This document shows positions 9,904 through 17,897 of a DNA stretch of 64,000 nucleotides, piece by piece; position 1 is the stretch's first letter, and each line of letters begins with the position of its first letter. Location: the NCBI GenBank assembly GCA_020048645.1, contig JAIFMG010000047.1, forward strand, positions 3,552 to 67,551. Reading direction: 5' to 3'. This DNA comes from Bacteroidota bacterium (lineage in GTDB: Bacteria; Bacteroidota; Bacteroidia; Bacteroidales; UBA6013). The notes beneath the pieces were generated by a model. That model did not search any database, was not told the origin of the DNA, and saw nothing but the letters and a program-made list of their open reading frames with translations. The position numbers and the translations under genes were made by a program.

Positions 9904-10006
9904 AAAAATATGGTTCACGGAAATTTTTTGTGGATTGGTGGCACGAATTGGGTGGACGGTTGCGGACAAGGCACTGGAAATCAACCTGTTTCATAAACGT
10001 TATTGA

Positions 10007-10046
10007 CCGCTCGAACCAGAACTCCGTAGGGTTCTGGTTCGAGCGG
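10007..10046. terminator. Perfect 16-bp inverted repeat (possible bidirectional terminator between convergent genes)
   Basis: CCGCTCGAACCAGAAC (10007-10022), loop tccgtagg, GTTCTGGTTCGAGCGG (10031-10046). There is no flanking U-run on either strand. Confidence 0.4.
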
Positions 10047-10171
10047 GTTGGTAGATTTCCGAATTTCATCCGGGGCTATTCCAATGCGATCGCTTCGGGA
10101 TTGGGAATAGCAGCCTGATCTTGTCGGGCACGGGGGCTTGGGATGTTTCACCGATCGAAAGCGACTGGTTA

Positions 10172-12139
10172 TCAGATCTTCAGGACCAGGGTGTAGAGGA
10201 CTTTCGTGCCGAAGCCCGTGGTGGGGATGGCGTTGATGTTGGGGGTCTGGCGGATGTACTCGGCCGTGAGCATCTGGCTTCCGGTGAGGTTCTGGACGCG
10301 CAGGCCGTGGAGCAGCTCGAACCGGTCGAGCTTCTGGCGCCAGGTGATGTTGGCGTTGAGCATGAGCTGGGGGTCGATGGTGGCCAGGTGGCCCTCGACG
10401 CTGGTGTGGTAGGTGCCGGAGGCGGCCAGGGCCCAGTCGCCCAGGGGCTTGCTGACGCCGAAGTTGAAGTAGTGGTCGGGCACGAAGCGGTAGTTGTTGT
10501 CGGTCTGCTCGTCGAGGCCGCGGACGTGGCTGTAGTTGAGGAAGAAGTTGGCCAGGTCCTGGTTCTGGTAGCGTAGCTCGAGCTCGGCGCCGTAGCCTTC
10601 GAAGGCGGAGACGTTCTGGTACTGGTTGGGCTGGCCTGGGGCGATGGCGATGCGCTGGATGAGGTTCTCGTAGCGGCTGTAGAAGCCCAGGGCCTGGAAG
10701 AAGAAGTCGCCCTTGCCGAAGAGGTAGGCCAGCTCGTAGGAGGTGCTGAGCTCGGGGGTGAGCTCCTGGTTGCCGCTGACGGTGGGGTGGTTGATGTAGA
10801 GCTCGAAGAGGGTGGGCACGCGGAAGGCCTGCCCGAAGATGAGCTTGAGGCTGTTGCTGGGGTTGAAGGCGTAAACGGCCGAGACGCGGGAGGAGATGTT
10901 GCTGCCGAAGAGGGAGTTCTGGGTCAGGCGGGTGCCGCCCAGGACGGTGAGCCCTCCGGCCTTGGCCTGGAGCTGGGCGAAGAAGGCGGCCTCGGTGATG
11001 GGCACGTCGTTGGTGAGCAGGGAGGCCACCACGGTGTCGCGCATGCCCTGGAGGGCGTCCTGCCCTTGGCTGACGCGGCGCTCGGCCAGGGCGCCGAGCT
11101 CGGCGGAGAGCCAGCCGGCCAGGGGGTAGTTGGCCTTGGCCTCGGCGGCCAGCCGGTACCCGCCGAGCTGGATGGTGTTCATGCGGTCGGGCGAGATGGC
11201 GAAGCGGCGGCGGAAGTCGTCGTAGTTGGCGTTGGCCACCAGGCGGAGCTTCTCCCAGGCCTTGTCGAAGCGGTAGTTGGCCAGCAGGCCGGTGTTCTCG
11301 ACCCAGTTGCCGCCTCCGCTGGCGTAGGAGGGGTTGGCGCCGGGGAAGCTGTGGTTGTAGTGGTAGTGGTTCACCATCAGCTCGTTGGGGCCGTTGCGGA
11401 GCAGGAGGTTGACGTTGTTGGACTCGTGCTTCTCGCGGTACTGGAAGACGGAGTCGGCGTTGTAGAGCGAGCCGCGGGCTCCCTCGAAGGCGTAGGGGCG
11501 GTTGTGGTCGGAAAGGCTGTGGGCCGAGAGGAACAGGTGCCAGTTGCCCGGGTTGAGGGTGGCGTTGAAGCCGCTTCCGCCGAGGTTGGGCAGGCCGGCC
11601 TCGCCGTGGGCGACCACCGTGTTGGCCTCGAAGTCGCGCAGGACGATGTTGACCACGCCGGAGTAGGCGTTGCTGCCGTAGAGCACGGAGGCCGGCCCCT
11701 TGAGCACCTCGACGCGCTCGACGTCGCGGATATCGACCCGGGCGATGTCGCCGTCGCCGTAGATGGGCTGCCAGGTGGGCACGCCGTTGATCATGAACAG
11801 GATCTTGTTGTCGTAGAAGTTCTGGAGGATGCCGCGGGCCGTCACGACGTTGCGGTCGATGATGGTCTGGCGGACCTCGATGCCGGCCAGGGAGGCCAGG
11901 GCCTCGGCCACCGACTGGAAGTTGTAGCGCTGGATTGTTCCCTGGTCGATGACGGTAACGGTGGAGGGGGTGTTGAAGACGTTCTCGCTGCGCGTGGAGG
12001 AGACGTTGACCTCCAGGCCCATCAGCTCTTCGAGGCTCATGTCCCAGATGTCTTCAAGGTCTTGGGCCTGTAGCCTTGGCGAGGCCGCCAAAAGCGCGGC
12101 CACGGCCAGGATGGCCGTCGTGCGTTGTGTTGTGGTCAT
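10172..12139 (-). CDS. TonB-dependent receptor
   Basis: 655 aa with a signal peptide (AILAVAALLAASPRLQAQ). The plug region reads VSSTRSENVFNTPSTVTVIDQGTIQRYNFQSVAEALASLAGIEV and VEVLKGPASVLYGSNA. The C-terminus is a beta-barrel ending in an aromatic residue (VLYTLVLKI). Confidence 0.9.
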   Translation of the reverse strand: MTTTQRTTAILAVAALLAASPRLQAQDLEDIWDMSLEELMGLEVNVSSTRSENVFNTPSTVTVIDQGTIQRYNFQSVAEALASLAGIEVRQTIIDRNVVTARGILQNFYDNKILFMINGVPTWQPIYGDGDIARVDIRDVERVEVLKGPASVLYGSNAYSGVVNIVLRDFEANTVVAHGEAGLPNLGGSGFNATLNPGNWHLFLSAHSLSDHNRPYAFEGARGSLYNADSVFQYREKHESNNVNLLLRNGPNELMVNHYHYNHSFPGANPSYASGGGNWVENTGLLANYRFDKAWEKLRLVANANYDDFRRRFAISPDRMNTIQLGGYRLAAEAKANYPLAGWLSAELGALAERRVSQGQDALQGMRDTVVASLLTNDVPITEAAFFAQLQAKAGGLTVLGGTRLTQNSLFGSNISSRVSAVYAFNPSNSLKLIFGQAFRVPTLFELYINHPTVSGNQELTPELSTSYELAYLFGKGDFFFQALGFYSRYENLIQRIAIAPGQPNQYQNVSAFEGYGAELELRYQNQDLANFFLNYSHVRGLDEQTDNNYRFVPDHYFNFGVSKPLGDWALAASGTYHTSVEGHLATIDPQLMLNANITWRQKLDRFELLHGLRVQNLTGSQMLTAEYIRQTPNINAIPTTGFGTKVLYTLVLKI

Positions 12140-12182
12140 GGCATTGGGTTTTCGGGGTGATGGTTTTCGGGCGAAAGATATA

Positions 12183-12190
12183 CAAATCTA
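12183..12190 (-). promoter_or_regulatory. Candidate Bacteroidota -7 promoter box (TAnnTTTG) for the TonB-dependent receptor
   Basis: The minus strand reads TAGATTTG about 45 nt upstream of the ATG at 12139. No clear -33 TTTG partner was found. Confidence 0.3.
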
Positions 12191-12401
12191 TATTTTTTCG
12201 ATTCCATCGGTTTGCTTTCCGCCCGATGGGCATGCTTATCGTCCTGTTTTTTGTGCTTGGAATACATGGCCTTGCGTTTTGTTTCAGATTCATCGCCTCC
12301 GTCGCAGGGAGGATTTTTTGTTTATTCCATATTCATAAATGGGATTTTTTCTGAAGGTACCTCCAGTCTTGCCGCGGCCAGGGCGCCTGGCGGGGGCGCC
12401 C

Positions 12402-12436
12402 AAAAAAAGGCCGCCTCTCCTTTTGGGAGGGCGGCT
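12402..12436 (-). terminator. Rho-independent terminator after the MORN/YwqK-like gene
   Basis: The minus strand reads AGCCGCCCTCCC-AAAA-GGAGAGGCGGCC followed by TTTTTTT. The GC-rich stem is imperfect. It lies 48 nt past the stop at 12484. Confidence 0.55.
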
Positions 12437-12483
12437 TTCTTGTGCTGGGTTTCTGGCCTTCTGGCGGGGAAACAGGGCAAGGG

Positions 12484-12939
12484 CTAGAAGATCTGCTCCA
12501 TGACGATCTGCCCGTTGGCGTCCCACATGATCCATGTGCCGCTTTTTTCTCCGTTTTCGTAGTGCATCTCGTAACGTTTGTTGCCTTGGTCGTCCCAGAT
12601 GAGCCAGATTCCGTGCTTCTTGCCTTCGCGGTAGCTGGCAAGCCCTGTCTGCTGTCCGGCATCGTTGAAAGTGAGCCAGGTGCCGTCGAAGAGGCCGTTC
12701 TTGTAGGCTCGGACCTCGCGCTGGTTTCCGTTCTGGTAATACCAGAGGTACTGCCCGTTGAGGGTTCCGTTGCTGATCTGTGCTTCGACTTGCCTGTTTC
12801 CGTTTTCGTAGAAGCTGGTGTATTCGCCTTCGAAGTCGGTGCTGAGGCCGGACTGGTAGAGGAACTCGTGCGCGTCGGTCTGCGCGATGAGGGTGCCCGC
12901 GGCGAGCACCAGTGCCAGGAGAGTGAGGATTCGTTTCAT
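12484..12939 (-). CDS. MORN-repeat (YwqK-like) exported protein
   Basis: 151 aa with a signal peptide (ILTLLALVLAAGTLIAQ). It has repeated G-x-W/Y-x-x-Y/W-x-x-G units: NGTLNGQYLWYYQNGN, KNGLFDGTWLTFNDAGQ, EGKKHGIWLIWDDQGN, ENGEKSGTWIMWDANGQ. Confidence 0.7.
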   Translation of the reverse strand: MKRILTLLALVLAAGTLIAQTDAHEFLYQSGLSTDFEGEYTSFYENGNRQVEAQISNGTLNGQYLWYYQNGNQREVRAYKNGLFDGTWLTFNDAGQQTGLASYREGKKHGIWLIWDDQGNKRYEMHYENGEKSGTWIMWDANGQIVMEQIF

Positions 12940-13114
12940 GGTGTGCCCTTTCGTTTGGTTTGTCCTTCTTGTTTGCTTAATGCAAATTTAACAATAAGAT
13001 AATATAGGAGCAAATGTTAAGCCATGTTTAAGGGCAAGCCGGGGCATGTTCTTGAGCAAGTCTGGGCAGCCTTGGGCCGGCAGGGTTCCTCGAGCTTCTT
13101 TTGAGGAGTCTTTT

Positions 13115-13145
13115 TTTGGAAGTTCGCGGGTTTGCGCTATTTTTA
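13115..13145 (+). promoter_or_regulatory. Candidate Bacteroidota sigma-A promoter (-33 TTTG / -7 TAnnTTTA)
   Basis: TTTG at 13115-13118, a 19-nt spacer, then TATTTTTA at 13138-13145. The element ends 51 nt upstream of the ATG at 13197. Confidence 0.4.
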
Positions 13146-13196
13146 GAGCCTCCTGAACGACGCCACCCCAAGCCCTCGAACCAGCACCCCAAGCCC

Positions 13197-16100
13197 ATGT
13201 GGTCCAATTTGTTAGAAAAGTTACGTCCTTATCTGTTGAGCTTTTTCAACATCAAGGAGGAGGAAGCGCCCAAGTTCTACCTGCTGTTCTGGCACTCCTT
13301 CTTCTTGGGCATTTTCATCGCGATGTACTTCGTGCCGGCCAACGCCGTCTTCGTGAAGGACTACGGGAGCGAGACGCTGCCGCTGGCCTACATCGTCTCG
13401 GGCGTGGTGGGCTGGGCCGTGAGCACGGGCTACTCGCAGTTGCAGAAGAACGCCAACAGCAAGCGGCTGTTCGTCGGGGCGCTGCTGTTCACCTCGCTGG
13501 CCACGCTGACCATCCGCTTCCTGGGCCAGGGCATCCTGCCCGGCAAGACGGTGAGCTTCCTGGCCTTCGTGGGGGCCTGGCCCCTGACCACGCTGGTGGG
13601 CATCGTCTCCGGCGGCCTGGTGCTGGACCAGCTCAACCTGCGGCAGGCCAAGCGGCTGTTCGGCTCGATAGGCATGGGCGGGGTCCTGGCCGCTGTGATG
13701 AGCTACTTCCTGATACCGGTGCTGGTCAACCACCTGGGCCAGCCGCTCGACTTCTTCATCATCGCGGCCAGCGGCACCCTGGTGAGCACCGGGCTGCTGA
13801 TGGTCATCTACCGCCGCTACGACCCCTCGAAGAAGGACCAGGAGAGCGTTTACATAAAGTCCAAGGCCAAGCTCAAGGAAGAGCAGGACGCGCCCAAGCA
13901 CTCGCTCGGCTTCGCCGACCTGTTCCAGGACAAGTACCTGCGCTGGGTGATGGTCGTGGCCATGATGTCGAGCGTGCTGAACTACTTCACCGACTTCGGC
14001 TACCTCGCGGCGGTGCGGTCGCGGGGCATGTCGGCCGACCAGGTGGCGGTCTTCCTGGCCCTTGTCGGGGGCACCTTCAAGTTCGGCGAGCTGCTGATCT
14101 CGTACTTCTCGAGCCGGCTGCTCAGCCGCTACGGCGTCCGGCTGGGCCTGTCGATGCTGCCGTTCACCTCGCTGGCCTTCATCGGCCTGGCCACGGCCGT
14201 GGTGCTGGTCTTCGGCGTGGAGAGCGTCTTCTTCCTGGTGTTCATGGCCACCAACAAGATCTTCGACCGCGTCCTGCGCCACGGGCTCGACACGCCCTCC
14301 ATCAACATCCTCTACCAGCCCCTGCCCGACCACCAGAAGCTGGAGGCGCAGTCGCTCGTGGGCGTGGTAACGCAGATGTCCACCGGCCTCGCGGGCCTGC
14401 TGCTGCTCCTGCTCTCGTGGCTGCTCACGGGAGAGCACGGCTTCCAGCTCCGGTTCTACAACTTCTTCTTCCTGCCCATCCTGCTGCTCTGGGCCTTCTT
14501 CTCGCGCCGGCTCTACGAGAGCTACAAGGTCAAGCTCCGCGAGATCCTCAGCCAGAAGAAGCAGGAGCCCAGCCGCCACGAGCTCGAGCTGATGTACGGC
14601 AGCGAGCTGCTCTTCAGCCAGCTCGACAACGACAACATCGACGAGGTCAAGATGAGCGCCACCATCCTCTCGGAGACCAACCCGCTGGTGCTGCGCCCGG
14701 TGGCCGAGCGCCTGCTGGCCATTCCCAGCGCCACGGTCCAGAAGGCCATCCTGCGCAACGTGGACAGCACCTACCCGCCCGAGCTGCTCGGCCCGATCAG
14801 GTCCCTGCTCGAGTCGCCGCAGCAGACCATCCGCAGCCTGGCCGAGAAGGCCGCCGTCAGCATCGCCGCCGACGCCGAGCCGCCCCTCAAGGCCCGGGAG
14901 CTCGAGGCCCTCTGCCTCTCGGGCGAGCCCGACAAGCAGATCCGGGCCATCAAGCAGATGTTCCGCGCCAAGCTGCTGGGCGACGACCTCTGGATAGCCC
15001 AGCTCCTGGAAAGCCCCGACAACCGCGTCCGGCACTCGGCCATCGCCCTGGCCAGCCAGCGCGACTCGGCCCAGCTCAAGGCCCGCCTGGTGGACATGCT
15101 CAACTCGCCGAAGAACCACCACGTCGTGGCCAACGCGCTGGTCTTCCTGGGCGACCGCGTCCTGCCGCAACTGGCCATGTTCTTCGACCCTGAGCAGGCC
15201 CGGCTGGAGGTCCTGCTCAAGGTCGTCGAGGTCTGCGCCCGCGTCGGCTCCGAGGCCGCGCAGGACCTCCTGCTCAAGAACATCGACTACCAGGACCGCG
15301 AGGTCCAGGCCGCCATCATCCGGGCCCTCTACTTCAGCGAGTTCCAGGCCCGCGAGAACCAGAGCCAGCGCGTCAAGGACAAGATCGTCGATACCATCCG
15401 CACCATCGTCTGGCTGTTCGCCTCCATCAACGACGTGGTCAGCGAGCGCAACACCCTCAAGCTCATCCAGTCGCTCGACCTCGAGCGAGAGGCCAGCTTC
15501 GAGCGCCTCTTCATGCTCCTGAGCTTCCTCTACCAGCCCGCCACCATCGACCTCATCAAGAAGAACATCATCGGCGAGAACACCATCTTCGCCCTCGAGA
15601 TCATCGAGAACTTCATCCGGCAAGACCTCAAGGAGATGCTCGTCCCCCTCTTCGACGACATCTCCCTGAGCCAGAAGGTCAAGAAGCTCCAGCACTTTTT
15701 CCCCCAGGAGAAGCTCCGATTCACCGACAGGCTCCGCGACATCATCGTCAAGGACTTCGACAGCATCGACCTCTGGTCCAAGACCAAGGCCATCGAGCTG
15801 CTCGGCAAGATACACCGCCGCAAGAAGGAAGGCGTCGAGCCCGGAAGCAAGGCCGTGGCCGAGGAGCAGGTCGAAAGCAACATCAGGGTCTGGGTCCGCG
15901 AGGAGGTGGACAAGCTCCTGCTCCAGATCCGCCGGTCCGAGATGCCCGACGAGATCTTCGCCTGCCTCTACCACGCCGACGAGCTCATCTACTCCACCGC
16001 CGCCAAGATCATCTACGACGAGAACCCCGCACGCTGCTTCGACTACCTCAAGAAGCTCTCGCCCGAGAAGCAGGAGATGATGGAGATGCTCTCTTCCGGC

Positions 16101-16511
16101 AACACCGACAAGAAGCTCCTGGTCGAAAAGGTCAAGATGCTCAAGCGCCTGACCCTCTTCTTCTCCGTGCCCGAGAACGTCCTGGTCAAAATGGCCAAGA
16201 TCATGAACGTCTGGCAGCTCAAGAAAGGACAGGTCATCGACCTCAACTCCGAGACCTACCGCGACGACATCTTCGTGGTCGTCCGCGGAGGGCTCAAGGT
16301 GCAGCACCAGGACGACGACTCCGAGATCCTCTTCAACAAGAACGACATCCTGGTCCGAGGCCTCAACTTCGCCCCCGAGACCGACAGCATCATCGCCGAC
16401 AAGCAGACCATCGTCCTGCACGGAAACCGGTACAACTACTTCAACCTCCTGCTCGAGGAGACCGACATCATCTCCCACATCTTCGAGCAACTGCTCTGGA
16501 AACGCCCCTGA
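13197..16511 (+). CDS. Giant fusion protein: N-terminal 12-TM MFS/TLC(Npt1)-like permease, central HEAT-like repeat region, C-terminal cyclic-nucleotide-binding-like domain
   Basis: The ATG at 13197 gives 1104 aa. About 12 hydrophobic helices in a 6+6 layout are separated by a charged loop (KKDQESVYIKSKAKLKEEQDAPKH). The middle carries helical repeats (ESPDNRVRHSAIALAS, DREVQAAIIRALYF). The C-terminus reads LKRLTLFFSVPENVLVKMAKIMNVWQLKKGQVI...FVVVRGGLKV (a CNB beta-roll pattern). The domain family names are inference. Confidence 0.75.
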   Translation: MWSNLLEKLRPYLLSFFNIKEEEAPKFYLLFWHSFFLGIFIAMYFVPANAVFVKDYGSETLPLAYIVSGVVGWAVSTGYSQLQKNANSKRLFVGALLFTSLATLTIRFLGQGILPGKTVSFLAFVGAWPLTTLVGIVSGGLVLDQLNLRQAKRLFGSIGMGGVLAAVMSYFLIPVLVNHLGQPLDFFIIAASGTLVSTGLLMVIYRRYDPSKKDQESVYIKSKAKLKEEQDAPKHSLGFADLFQDKYLRWVMVVAMMSSVLNYFTDFGYLAAVRSRGMSADQVAVFLALVGGTFKFGELLISYFSSRLLSRYGVRLGLSMLPFTSLAFIGLATAVVLVFGVESVFFLVFMATNKIFDRVLRHGLDTPSINILYQPLPDHQKLEAQSLVGVVTQMSTGLAGLLLLLLSWLLTGEHGFQLRFYNFFFLPILLLWAFFSRRLYESYKVKLREILSQKKQEPSRHELELMYGSELLFSQLDNDNIDEVKMSATILSETNPLVLRPVAERLLAIPSATVQKAILRNVDSTYPPELLGPIRSLLESPQQTIRSLAEKAAVSIAADAEPPLKARELEALCLSGEPDKQIRAIKQMFRAKLLGDDLWIAQLLESPDNRVRHSAIALASQRDSAQLKARLVDMLNSPKNHHVVANALVFLGDRVLPQLAMFFDPEQARLEVLLKVVEVCARVGSEAAQDLLLKNIDYQDREVQAAIIRALYFSEFQARENQSQRVKDKIVDTIRTIVWLFASINDVVSERNTLKLIQSLDLEREASFERLFMLLSFLYQPATIDLIKKNIIGENTIFALEIIENFIRQDLKEMLVPLFDDISLSQKVKKLQHFFPQEKLRFTDRLRDIIVKDFDSIDLWSKTKAIELLGKIHRRKKEGVEPGSKAVAEEQVESNIRVWVREEVDKLLLQIRRSEMPDEIFACLYHADELIYSTAAKIIYDENPARCFDYLKKLSPEKQEMMEMLSSGNTDKKLLVEKVKMLKRLTLFFSVPENVLVKMAKIMNVWQLKKGQVIDLNSETYRDDIFVVVRGGLKVQHQDDDSEILFNKNDILVRGLNFAPETDSIIADKQTIVLHGNRYNYFNLLLEETDIISHIFEQLLWKRP

Positions 16512-16521
16512 CAGCGGGGCC

Positions 16522-17850
16522 TCACTGCCCTTCGGACACCAGCCCGCCGGTCAGGACCACCAGTTGGGTGTGGCTGTCCACCAGGTCGAACTTGGCCTGG
16601 GCGGCGGCCAGGGCCGACTGCAGGTAGAGCATCTGTATGGCGCGGTAGTCGAAGGAGTTGATGGCTCCGGACTTGTACTTGTCCTCGGCGATCTGGAGGT
16701 TGAGCCGCGCGGCCTCGAGGTTCTGCTCGGCCACCCGCTCTACCTGCTTGCGGGCCTCGTAGATGGCGTTGGCCGAGACGACCTGGCTGGCCAGTTGCAA
16801 CTGCGCCTGCTCGACGCGGACCTGGGCGATCTCGTGCTGGAGCTGCGCGTTCTCGATCTGCCGGTGGCGGTTCTGGCCGTCGAAGATGGTGTAGGCCACG
16901 CCGAGGTTGCCGTAGAAGTCGTAGCCGGTGGTGGTGATGCTGCGCTTCTGCTCCTCGACGGTCAGGGCGAAGCGCGAGCCTTGGAAGTCGGTGCCCAGGT
17001 TGAGGGTGACGCGGGGGTAGAGGGCCGTGCGGGCCTGGTCGATGGCGGTCTCGTTGAGGCTCCGGCTGAGGCGGAGGCTCTGGAGGTTCTTGTTCTCGGC
17101 CTCGGCCTTGGCGACCATCTGCTGGAGGTCGTAGGCCTGGGTCATGGGGCTGAGCCGCTCGGAGGGCAGGTAGGGCGCGTCGGGCTGCTCGCCCATGGCC
17201 AGGTTGAGGGCGCGCAGCGAGTTCTCGAAGTTGATCTTCTGGAGCAGGTAGTTCGAGGAGTCGCTCAAGAAGGCGTTCTGCTCCTGCAAGACCTCGAAGG
17301 TGACGGCGCTGCCGAGCTCCTTGCGGCTGAGGACGTACTGGTAGCGGTCTCGGCTGAGGGCCATGACCTCGGCGGTGACCTCGAGGCGCTCCTTCTGGAG
17401 CGAGGCGTCGTGGTAGGCCAGGATGACCTGCTGGAGGGTCTGCTCGATGGTGGCGGCGTAGGCCACCTGCGCGGCCTCCTCCTGGAGGCTGAGGCTCTCG
17501 CGGCTGGCGCTGACGGCGAACCCGTTGAAGAGCACCCAGTTGAGGTTGAGGTTGGGCGAGACGCTGTTGGTGGTGGCCCGGAACCGCTGGTCGGGGAAGG
17601 CCTGGTTGGGGCGGTCGTCGTAGCGGTTGTTGAAGTTGACGCTGGCCGTCAGGGTGGGCAGGGCGCCGGCGTTGGCCAGGGTGTTGTTGTTCTGGGCCAC
17701 CTGCCGCTCGCGCGTCACGATTTGGATCTGGTGGTTGTTTTCCAGGCCGATCTGGACGGCGTCGGCCAGGCTGATGGGCTTTTCCTGGGCCCGCGCGGGC
17801 GCTGCCAGGGCCAAGGCGGCGAGCAGGGGGGCGAATTTCCAAAATCTCAT
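16522..17850 (-). CDS. TolC family outer-membrane efflux protein
   Basis: The start is at 17850 (MRFWKFAPLLAALALAAPARAQ), giving 443 aa. ISLADAVQIGLENNHQIQ and repeated coiled segments are typical of OEP/TolC. It is the last gene of the efflux operon. Confidence 0.85.
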   Translation of the reverse strand: MRFWKFAPLLAALALAAPARAQEKPISLADAVQIGLENNHQIQIVTRERQVAQNNNTLANAGALPTLTASVNFNNRYDDRPNQAFPDQRFRATTNSVSPNLNLNWVLFNGFAVSASRESLSLQEEAAQVAYAATIEQTLQQVILAYHDASLQKERLEVTAEVMALSRDRYQYVLSRKELGSAVTFEVLQEQNAFLSDSSNYLLQKINFENSLRALNLAMGEQPDAPYLPSERLSPMTQAYDLQQMVAKAEAENKNLQSLRLSRSLNETAIDQARTALYPRVTLNLGTDFQGSRFALTVEEQKRSITTTGYDFYGNLGVAYTIFDGQNRHRQIENAQLQHEIAQVRVEQAQLQLASQVVSANAIYEARKQVERVAEQNLEAARLNLQIAEDKYKSGAINSFDYRAIQMLYLQSALAAAQAKFDLVDSHTQLVVLTGGLVSEGQ

Positions 17851-17897
17851 GCGGGTAGGGCGTTGGGTATGGGGTTCAGGGTGCGTTGGCGGGGCCT

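Noticed and set aside
8012-9941. Flanking 12-13-mers as bona fide target-site duplication of the AT-rich islet
   Set aside because: I kept this only as a weak note inside the islet finding. The match is imperfect (one substitution and one indel), the extension beyond it is poor, and there is no recombinase gene, so chance similarity cannot be excluded.
9884-10118. Two ~60-aa ORFs on opposite strands between the AAA-ATPase-like gene and the receptor gene
   Set aside because: They mutually overlap, they are centred on the 16-bp inverted repeat (which generates mirror ORFs), and they show no coding bias.
12140-12400. Possible cobalamin or other riboswitch in the ~340-nt region upstream of the TonB-dependent receptor
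   Set aside because: I read the minus strand and found no B12-box-like GCCACTG/AGYCMGGNGACCTGCC element or other riboswitch core. A TAnnTTTG box lies only ~45 nt from the ATG, which suggests a short leader. Only two small hairpins are present, with stem arms CCTCC/GGAGG and CCATCGG/CCGATGG. A cmscan would settle it.
13221-16490. 1089-aa minus-strand ORF and a 664-aa plus-strand alternative frame (13199..15193) over the first giant fusion gene
   Set aside because: These are shadow frames of 13197..16511. The same phenomenon occurs at 24939..28598 (minus) and 26699..28354 (plus) over the paralogue. The translations are Arg/Gly/Pro/Asp/His-rich with no TM segments or domains.
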